Positions 18,731-25,175 of a stretch of 25,784 nucleotides of DNA are shown in pieces. Position 1 is the stretch's first letter. The number at the start of each line of letters is the position of its first letter. The DNA comes from an uncultured virus (IMG/VR IMGVR_UViG_2882072473_000006) (lineage: Duplodnaviria; Heunggongvirae; Uroviricota; Caudoviricetes): IMG/VR virus record IMGVR_UViG_2882072473_000006, one strand, 5' to 3'. The translations under genes were made by a program, and so were the position numbers. The notes under the pieces are model-generated. The model did not search any database. It saw only the letters and a program-made list of their open reading frames with translations, and was not told the DNA's origin.

Positions 18731-19663
18731 ATGTCTAAGCACACTACTCTCGAACAGCTGAAGCTTCTGGCTCAGCGCACCAAGAGCGAAATCAGCAAGG
18801 TCGAATCCAAGTCCCTGGTAGGCGTTAAGGTCAACGGCGTTGCCCTGGCCATCGCCGACAAGATGGTGGACATTCTGATTGCTTCTGGTGCTACCAACGG
18901 CACTCTGTCTGTTGCCGGCAAGGATGTTGCGGTGACGGGTCTGGCGGCCCTGGCCTACAAGGCTCAGATCTCTGAGGCCGATCTGGATACCGCTCTGAAG
19001 GCTGTGCTGGACGGCAAGGCTTCCGGCGCCGATCTGGCCACTCTGATCGGTAAGGATGCTGGTAAGAGCGCCCGCGCCATCGCCAACGAGGAGCTGGCTG
19101 CTCAGCTGATCCCCGAGGGCGCCAAGGAGGCCCTGGATACTCTGACTGAGATTGCTCAGTGGATTCAGAATCACCCCGATGACGCTTCCGCGATGAATGC
19201 CGCCATCACCAAGCTGAACGGTATCGTTGCCGGTATTGGTGGTGACGAGGACGAGTACGCCACCGTGATGACCGCCATTGAGGGCAAGATCACTGCCGCG
19301 CTGAAGGACATTGCCTCCGGTGCGACCAAGGTGGAGAAGTCCGAGGTCAACGGTAACATCAAGATCAATGGCCAGGAGACCGTGGTCTACACCCACCCTG
19401 CCGTTGAGGCTGTCGGTGCCGGCTTCAAGAAGGTCGGTAAGGACAATCAGGGTCATGTGGTGCTGGGCGACGACGTGACCAAGGAGGATATCGTTGCTCT
19501 CGGTATCCCCGCACAGGACACCACCTATCAGCCTGCTACCAGCCAGGCAAACGGTCTGATGTCCAAGGAGGACAAGGCCAAGCTGGACAGCATTGAGGTT
19601 GCGGCCGATGAGGAAGTCAATCAGATGCTGGATGAGGTCTTTGGCGCCGCTGTGGGTGCCTGA
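18731..19663 (+). CDS. Fibre-like structural protein (310 aa), probably abundant
   Basis: AAGGAGG RBS. Fibre-type motifs PEGAKEALDTLTEIAQWI and ATSQANGLMSKEDKAKLD. Codon usage is distinct (GCT/GGT/ACT-rich) and a terminator follows. Confidence 0.65.
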   Translation: MSKHTTLEQLKLLAQRTKSEISKVESKSLVGVKVNGVALAIADKMVDILIASGATNGTLSVAGKDVAVTGLAALAYKAQISEADLDTALKAVLDGKASGADLATLIGKDAGKSARAIANEELAAQLIPEGAKEALDTLTEIAQWIQNHPDDASAMNAAITKLNGIVAGIGGDEDEYATVMTAIEGKITAALKDIASGATKVEKSEVNGNIKINGQETVVYTHPAVEAVGAGFKKVGKDNQGHVVLGDDVTKEDIVALGIPAQDTTYQPATSQANGLMSKEDKAKLDSIEVAADEEVNQMLDEVFGAAVGA

Positions 19664-19671
19664 TAACCGCG

Positions 19672-19710
19672 GAGGGGGATGGGGTATTCCTGTCCCCCCT
19701 CTTATTTTTT
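19672..19710 (+). terminator. Rho-independent terminator-like hairpin
   Basis: GAGGGGGATGGGG-TATT-CCTGTCCCCCCTC imperfect stem followed by TTATTTTTT, just after the stop at 19663. Confidence 0.7.
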
Positions 19711-19727
19711 CGGAAAGGAGCTCTAAC

Positions 19728-20117
19728 ATGGCAGAGAACAAAGCCACAACCTTAGAGCAGTTGCGGGCTCTGGCAGAAAGGGGAAAACTCGATACCCTGA
19801 ACCGCGTCGACCAGCTTTTAGAGTCGATCATTCCTCTGCTGGAGGGCGCACAGCATAGCGGTACTACCGTTACTCTGCCGGCCGAGAACTGGAGCGGCAG
19901 AGCTCAGACTGTAAAGGACAACATCCTTTTGGCTGACGAAAAATACTGGTATATTGTGTGCGCTGACGCGGATTGCTTTATGGCAGTCAGCGAGACTGGC
20001 GTGAAAGCTGACAATATCACCGTTAACGGTCAGGTCACCTTTCACTGCGAGGTAACTCCAACGGAAAATCTGACCATTTATATTTTGCGACTGGAGGTCG
20101 AGCAGAATAATGAGTAA
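19728..20117 (+). CDS. Small fibre-associated protein (129 aa from ATG 19728)
   Basis: GAAAGGAG RBS before ATG 19728, in frame with track ORF 19593..20117. It is paralogous to the C-terminal domain of 16842..18149. Confidence 0.7.
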   Translation: MAENKATTLEQLRALAERGKLDTLNRVDQLLESIIPLLEGAQHSGTTVTLPAENWSGRAQTVKDNILLADEKYWYIVCADADCFMAVSETGVKADNITVNGQVTFHCEVTPTENLTIYILRLEVEQNNE

Positions 20118-22851
20118 TGCAAACGTCGGCAAGGTCTTTAACATGACCGGCGGCAGCGGCGGAGGCGGTACTCTGAGGCTGGAGACCCTGACAATTACCA
20201 AGCCGCCCCAAAAGACCACCTACAAGTCCGGAGAGTCCTTTGACCCCACGGGCATGGTCGTTACCGCGGGCTATGGGTATGGTCTCACTTCGGATGTGAC
20301 TGGATATTCCGTGTCCCCCCAAGTCCTTACGGATGGGGTGACGGAGGTGGTTATCACCTATACCGAAGGCCGCATCACTAAGACGGCAAGTGTACCGGTT
20401 ACTGTGCAGAAGGTGCTGGTATCCATTGCCGTTACCAACAACCCCTCCAAGATGGTCTATCACTATCTGGAGGAATTTGCCCCTGCGGGAATGGTGGTCA
20501 CTGCCAAATTCTCGGATGACTCTACGGAGGAGGTTTCGGGATACACCTATCCCAAGACCGCTTTCTCTACTTTGGGGAGCCGTCCGGTGGAGATCGGTTA
20601 TACCTATGAGGGTGTGACCAAGACCGCCAGCTTGAATGTTACAGTCAACCCCATTGAGGTGGCTGTCCCTGTTCAAAATGGAGTCCTTACCTATGACGGG
20701 ACTGGAAAAACTCCGTCCTGGACTGGGTATGATCCGTCGAAGATGACCATTTCCGGCACGACCAACGGCGTGAACGCTGGGTCCTATTCCGCACGGTTTA
20801 ATCTGTCGTATGGATATCAGTTCCTCGGCGGCTTGGACGAGGTCACGGTTGAGTGGATCATTGACCGGGCGGTCATCGCTTCTCTTCCGGTGCAGAACAA
20901 TGTACTGGCGGCCAACGGCAAACCGCAGGCTCCCACCTGGGCCAACTACGACATCGGTCAGTTGACCATTGGCGGAGACCGATCTGGAACTGACGCAGGC
21001 GATTACAAAGCCACATTTACTCCTACCGCCAACTACAAGTGGTGGGACGGTTCCATTGAGGCCAAGGAGGTCAAGTGGACCATCACCAGCGTTATTGTAC
21101 CCATTCCTACGCAGAAGGGCTCGCCGACCTATACGGGAGCGCCCCAGACACCGGAATGGGATAACTTTGACCAGGTGAATTCCAAAGTGCAGGTGACCGC
21201 ACAGACCAATGCCGGCACCCACTCTGCCACATTTATTCTTCTGAATGGCATGTGGTCGGACGGTTCTACGACCAATAAAACCGTTCAGTGGAGCATCGGC
21301 CGAGCTTCCATCGCCAAGGTTCCCGCCCAGAGCGGAGCTTTGAAGTATGATGGGGACCCCAAAACTCCGGTGTGGGACGCCAATTATGATCCGAGCAAAA
21401 TGACGGTATCTGTAGAGGCGAAGGTCAACGCCGGCACAGGGTACACTGCCGCCTTTACACCGGATTCCAACCATCAGTGGTGGGATGGCACGGTGGACGC
21501 CAAGACAGCTACCTGGGCTATCGGCAAGGGCGATCAGGTCGTATCTGTAAGTCCGACAAGTGTGACGCTGAATACCGGCGCCCGAAGCGCCAAGTTTACC
21601 GTGACCCGAAAGGGCGACGGCGTGATCTCTGCCGTTTCCAATAATGTTGGTGTGGCTACGATCGGTAACATCAATCAGCAGACCGGCGAGGTTACGGTGA
21701 ACAGTGTAAATAACATCACCGGCACGACTACAATTATTGTTAAAGTAGCTGCGGGAGCCAACTATCTGGCTGGGGCCGATAAGCAGGTAGCAGTCAATGC
21801 CCAGTTCGTGACCATCTACGGCGTGGAATGGGACTGGACCAGCAGCGGCCCCACCAAGGGTAAGCGCACCGACGGAGCGGCGGGCTTTGGGGACCCCAAC
21901 CCGGCGGTGAACAACGGCTCCGGCTCCTCGCCCTTTGACGACTTGTACCCGTGGAAGGACATGACCAAGGTCACCCGGACGGGCGGCGTGATGGTCAAGG
22001 AGCCCAAGTATTGGTTCAAATGGACCAAGACCGGGAAGAAGCTGAAGCTCCAGATCGCCGACGGCCCCGTGGAAGGGTTCCATGTTGACCCGGTGAATAT
22101 GGACCGTGGGGACGGCCTTGGAGAGCTGGACCTCTCCTACATCGCCCGGTATCACTGCGCCAGCGGCACCTACAAGTCGGAGACCAACAAGGCCCAGCAG
22201 GTGAACATCACCCGGAGCACGGCACGAACCCAGATCCACAACCTGGGGGCCAACATCTGGCAGCTGGACTTTGCCCAGATGTGGTATGTAAACATGCTGT
22301 TTCTGGTGGAGTTCGCGGATTGGAACGGCGAGCGGATCGGCCGGGGCTGCTCGGCCAGCAATTCCAAGGAGAACAACGGGCGTACGGACGCCATGCAGTA
22401 CCACACCGGTACTACGGCGGCCAATCGGGATACTTACGGTTTCACACAGTACCGGAACATCGAGGGCTGGTGGGACAATGTGTACGACTGGATGGACGGC
22501 TGCTATTACAATGGCAACGGCCTGAACGTCATCAAGAATCCCAATCAGTTCAGCGACAGTGCCAACGGCGTGCTTGTCGGTAAGCCGGTTGCTGGTTACC
22601 CGAAGGACTTCGCCATCCCGACCCAAAGCGGGCTGGAGTGGGCGCTGTATCCCTCTGAGGCTGGCGGCAGTACCACCACATATGTCCCGGATGGCTGGAA
22701 TTTCAGCGGTGGTCTCCCGTGCCTGCTCCGCGGCGGTTACTATTACCGGAACCAGAGTCACGGGCCGTTCTACGTGGGCTGCGGCAGTGCGTCGGGCACG
22801 TACTCCTACATCGGCTGTCGCCTCCAGGAACGCCCGCCGAAGGCGGCGTGA
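20110..22851 (+). CDS. DGR target protein: Ig-like repeat adhesin/receptor-binding protein with predicted C-terminal C-type-lectin fold (913 aa)
   Basis: Two Big_3-like Ig domains (ITKPPQKTTYKSGESFDPTGMVVTA and VTNNPSKMVYHYLEEFAPAGMVVTA), then four ~73-aa beta repeats. The C-terminus (YRNIEGWWDNVYDW...RGG...IGCRL) matches CLec/FGE-like DGR targets, and the VR lies at the 3' end. Confidence 0.9.
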   Translation: MSNANVGKVFNMTGGSGGGGTLRLETLTITKPPQKTTYKSGESFDPTGMVVTAGYGYGLTSDVTGYSVSPQVLTDGVTEVVITYTEGRITKTASVPVTVQKVLVSIAVTNNPSKMVYHYLEEFAPAGMVVTAKFSDDSTEEVSGYTYPKTAFSTLGSRPVEIGYTYEGVTKTASLNVTVNPIEVAVPVQNGVLTYDGTGKTPSWTGYDPSKMTISGTTNGVNAGSYSARFNLSYGYQFLGGLDEVTVEWIIDRAVIASLPVQNNVLAANGKPQAPTWANYDIGQLTIGGDRSGTDAGDYKATFTPTANYKWWDGSIEAKEVKWTITSVIVPIPTQKGSPTYTGAPQTPEWDNFDQVNSKVQVTAQTNAGTHSATFILLNGMWSDGSTTNKTVQWSIGRASIAKVPAQSGALKYDGDPKTPVWDANYDPSKMTVSVEAKVNAGTGYTAAFTPDSNHQWWDGTVDAKTATWAIGKGDQVVSVSPTSVTLNTGARSAKFTVTRKGDGVISAVSNNVGVATIGNINQQTGEVTVNSVNNITGTTTIIVKVAAGANYLAGADKQVAVNAQFVTIYGVEWDWTSSGPTKGKRTDGAAGFGDPNPAVNNGSGSSPFDDLYPWKDMTKVTRTGGVMVKEPKYWFKWTKTGKKLKLQIADGPVEGFHVDPVNMDRGDGLGELDLSYIARYHCASGTYKSETNKAQQVNITRSTARTQIHNLGANIWQLDFAQMWYVNMLFLVEFADWNGERIGRGCSASNSKENNGRTDAMQYHTGTTAANRDTYGFTQYRNIEGWWDNVYDWMDGCYYNGNGLNVIKNPNQFSDSANGVLVGKPVAGYPKDFAIPTQSGLEWALYPSEAGGSTTTYVPDGWNFSGGLPCLLRGGYYYRNQSHGPFYVGCGSASGTYSYIGCRLQERPPKAA
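20668..21530 (+). repeat. Four tandem 72-73-aa Ig/MBG-like repeats in the DGR target
   Basis: P.Q.G.L.Y.G...TP.W..YD...NAG.Y.A.F...W begins at 20668, 20887, 21106 and 21322 (spacing 219, 219, 216 bp). Confidence 0.8.
22682..22823 (+). repeat. DGR variable repeat (VR)
   Basis: 142-bp ungapped match to 23032-23173 with 21 mismatches, every one opposite a TR adenine. It encodes VPDGWNFSGGLPCLLRGGYYYRNQSHGPFYVGCGSASGTYSYIGCR. Confidence 0.97.
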
Positions 22852-22921
22852 CCATTCCCCTGGGGAGGAGGGGGTTTGGGGTGAGGGGACCGCAGTCCCT
22901 TCCCCCAAGCTCCGGCCTTCC
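22810..22921 (+). promoter_or_regulatory. Putative IMH and downstream hairpins (DGR homing cis-elements)
   Basis: The invariant GC-rich ATCGGCTGTCGCCT is followed by CCAGGAA in VR versus TCTTGAA in TR. A hairpin CCGCC-GAA-GGCGG lies at 22834-22846, and a long imperfect hairpin is centred on GGGAC-CGCA-GTCCC (22886-22899). Confidence 0.65.
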
Positions 22922-22930
22922 ACGCATTTC

Positions 22931-22955
22931 AAAATGGAGCGGAAGGGCTCCTTTT
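22931..22955 (+). terminator. Terminator-like hairpin between the target gene and TR
   Basis: AAAAT-GGAGC-GGAAGG-GCTCC-TTTT. Confidence 0.45.
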
Positions 22956-23031
22956 CACCTTAATAAGAACAACATTTGAAACCGCTCTTCTTTGGTAAGA
23001 GGAGAGCGCGGGGTCGACTTTGCAGCAGACG

Positions 23032-23173
23032 ATGTCCCGGATAACTGGAATTTCAACGGTAGTAACCCGTGCCTGCACCACGGCGGTAACTATAACCAGA
23101 ACCAGAATCACGGGCCGTTCTACGTGAACTACAACAGTGCGTCGAACACGAACTCCAACATCGGCTGTCGCCT
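23032..23173 (+). repeat. DGR template repeat (TR)
   Basis: Contains 40 adenines and 13 AAC/AAT codons in the VR reading frame. It lies between the target gene and the RT. Confidence 0.97.
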
Positions 23174-23393
23174 TCTTGAAGCAGACGCAGGCCATTGGGC
23201 CTGTCGGGTATGGCTGAACCTCCTATCGGTAGTCAGGGTTCCTCACCCTTTCTATTACGCAGAGTTGACCGCGCAGCACTTGCTGACGATGAGCCGTCAG
23301 GACACAGCCTGGTACACTTCGGGCCGGGTTTCGCCCCGGAACCACCCGCGGCGATGGAACGGCTGTGAGGCTACAAGGAGGATATTATCCCTG

Positions 23394-24569
23394 ATGAAAC
23401 GAGTGAGAGTTTACCAACAAATCCTTTCGGAAGACAATCTGCGCCTGGCCATCCGGGAAGCCAACCGGGGACACCGGCGCAACGGCGACCACAGCCTGAA
23501 CAAGAAGGTCCTGGAGATCGAGGCGAATATGGATGCGTATGTGGCGGAGCTGCGCAGGTTCATTGAGGACCTGGTGAGCGGGGACGCGCACATGCACCCG
23601 CCGCTGAAACGGCGGCGCTGGGACCGGAACGCGGACAGCGGAAAGGGCAAATGGCGGGACATCAACGAGCCGCTTTTGTGGCCGGACCAGTATGTCCACC
23701 ATGCGGTGTTACAGCCCATGATCCCGCACATCATGCGGAGCATGGACAAATACTGCATCGCAAGCGTGCCGGGACGGGGAAATTCCTACGGGGTCAAGGC
23801 GATCAAGAAGTGGATGAACGGCGACGCCGCCGGCACACGGTACGGTGCGGAATGCGACATCTACCACTGCTTTGAGGAGCTGGACCCGCCGTATGTCATC
23901 CAGGCACTGAAACGGCTGTTCAAGGACCGGGAGACCCTCTGGCTGTGCGACGCCCTGATGGAATACGGCGTACTTATCGGCGCGTTCTTCTCCGCCTGGT
24001 TCCTGCACCTGGTACTCCAGCCGCTGGACCTGATGATCCACCAAAGGGAGTACGGCGTCAGCCACTACCTGCGGCAGATGGACAACTTCACCATCTTCGC
24101 CTCCAGCAAGCGGAAATTGCGGAAGCTGATCCGGGATATTCAGGCGTGGCTGGCCGACGTGGGACTAAAGCTGAAAGACAACTGGCAGGTCTTTCGGATC
24201 GGCTTTACCCCAAGGGTGGAGAAGGCCAGAGAGCAGCTGCCCGAGGCCAAACAGCGCCGAAGACGGCCGAGGATTCCGTCGGCGCTGGGCTACCGGTTCG
24301 GGCACGGTTACACCATCCTCCGAAAGCACAACCTGTTTCGGCTCAAGCAGTCGCTGCATTTATATTACTACCGAAGGGATCGAAACCGGGTCATCTCGTT
24401 TAAGCGGGCCTCCGGCCTGATCTCACGGCTTGGGCAGCTCCGAAAGTGCGATTGTCAACGGATTTTGGAGCGGTATTACCAGCCGAAGACCATGTTCGAT
24501 CTTAAGAAAGTCGTCCGAAAAGAGTGCAGACGGCTTCAGAAATTATATCCGCCCTACCAGGCGGCGTGA
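23394..24569 (+). CDS. DGR reverse transcriptase (391 aa from ATG 23394)
   Basis: AAGGAGG at 23375-23381. RT blocks GKWRDINEP...DQYVHHAVLQ, CIASVPGRG, ECDIYHCF, GVLIGAFFSAW, YLRQMDNF, GLKLK and LGYRF, with a basic C-terminus. It is adjacent to TR. Confidence 0.93.
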   Translation: MKRVRVYQQILSEDNLRLAIREANRGHRRNGDHSLNKKVLEIEANMDAYVAELRRFIEDLVSGDAHMHPPLKRRRWDRNADSGKGKWRDINEPLLWPDQYVHHAVLQPMIPHIMRSMDKYCIASVPGRGNSYGVKAIKKWMNGDAAGTRYGAECDIYHCFEELDPPYVIQALKRLFKDRETLWLCDALMEYGVLIGAFFSAWFLHLVLQPLDLMIHQREYGVSHYLRQMDNFTIFASSKRKLRKLIRDIQAWLADVGLKLKDNWQVFRIGFTPRVEKAREQLPEAKQRRRRPRIPSALGYRFGHGYTILRKHNLFRLKQSLHLYYYRRDRNRVISFKRASGLISRLGQLRKCDCQRILERYYQPKTMFDLKKVVRKECRRLQKLYPPYQAA

Positions 24570-24582
24570 AAGGAGCGGCACC

Positions 24583-24927
24583 ATGAAAGTACAAGGGATG
24601 GTTGACCCCGGCAGTTTTACCGTGGAGCGCATTCCCGGAAGCGGAAGAAGCCTTGTACGGCTTTTCCAGAACGTGACGCCTGTCCAGACCGAGGACTTCA
24701 CCGGATATGAGTACGACGAGTACCATGTGGAGGTGGAGACCTGGGACGGCATCGCGGCAAACGTGCGGGAGAACTACGAGACGTTCCTGAGAAAGGGAGT
24801 AGACAACGAGATCGACCGCAGCAATCGGGCACTGTATTCCGCACAAGTGGATACGGATGCCATGAACGTGGACCAGGAATTCCGTCTGACTCTGCTGGAG
24901 CTGGGTCTGACGGAGCTGGATATTTAA
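24583..24927 (+). CDS. Hypothetical acidic phage protein (114 aa from ATG 24583)
   Basis: GAAAGGAG RBS. The protein reads MKVQGMVDPGSF...YEYDEY...EFRLTLLELGLTELDI, like small proteins that follow phage fibre genes. Confidence 0.7.
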   Translation: MKVQGMVDPGSFTVERIPGSGRSLVRLFQNVTPVQTEDFTGYEYDEYHVEVETWDGIAANVRENYETFLRKGVDNEIDRSNRALYSAQVDTDAMNVDQEFRLTLLELGLTELDI

Positions 24928-24944
24928 GAAAGGGGAAAACTACT

Positions 24945-25088
24945 ATGTTGTACCGAACTTTGAAGCGCATGATCGAGAGAGGCCAGACGGCGGGTATCGA
25001 GACGAAGCTCGATATTTTCTATGCCGCCGACAAAATCAGCGAGAGCGAGTATCAGGAACTGCTCGGGATGCTGAGTCCCAAAGCCTAA
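24945..25088 (+). CDS. Small XkdX-like phage protein (47 aa; not in the ORF track)
   Basis: GAAAGGGG RBS. The protein reads MLYRTLKRMIERGQTAGIETKLDIFYAADKISESEYQELLGMLSPKA, and the I(S/T)..EY.EL ending resembles XkdX-type proteins. Confidence 0.7.
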   Translation: MLYRTLKRMIERGQTAGIETKLDIFYAADKISESEYQELLGMLSPKA

Positions 25089-25175
25089 GCTTTCCAAATT
25101 TGCCTGCTTTGAAGGAGGTTGGATGATGGCGGAAGAAAAGAAACCCACCTTTGTCGAGGTGGGTGATCGGTTAAC

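Larger units (their letters stand above)
22682..24569 (+). mobile_element. Diversity-generating retroelement cassette (VR, hairpins, TR, spacer, RT)
   Basis: An adenine-specific TR/VR pair together with an RT gene. Confidence 0.95.

Noticed and set aside
555..22600. A second VR (additional DGR target) elsewhere in the window
   Set aside because: I saw no other TR-like sequence at gene ends by eye. A local alignment of TR against the whole genome would be needed to exclude remote targets.
22992..24569. 525-aa version of the RT starting at TTG 22992
   Set aside because: The extension is TR plus spacer. The RT-like sequence and a good RBS begin at about 23394.
23394..24569. RT as a group II intron, retron or Abi-type enzyme
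   Set aside because: No maturase or endonuclease extension is present, and the adjacent adenine-specific TR/VR pair identifies a DGR.
24430..24582. Track start of the ORF at 24430, and likewise 19593 for the ORF ending at 20117
   Set aside because: Both extensions overlap upstream genes. RBS-supported ATGs are at 24583 and 19728.
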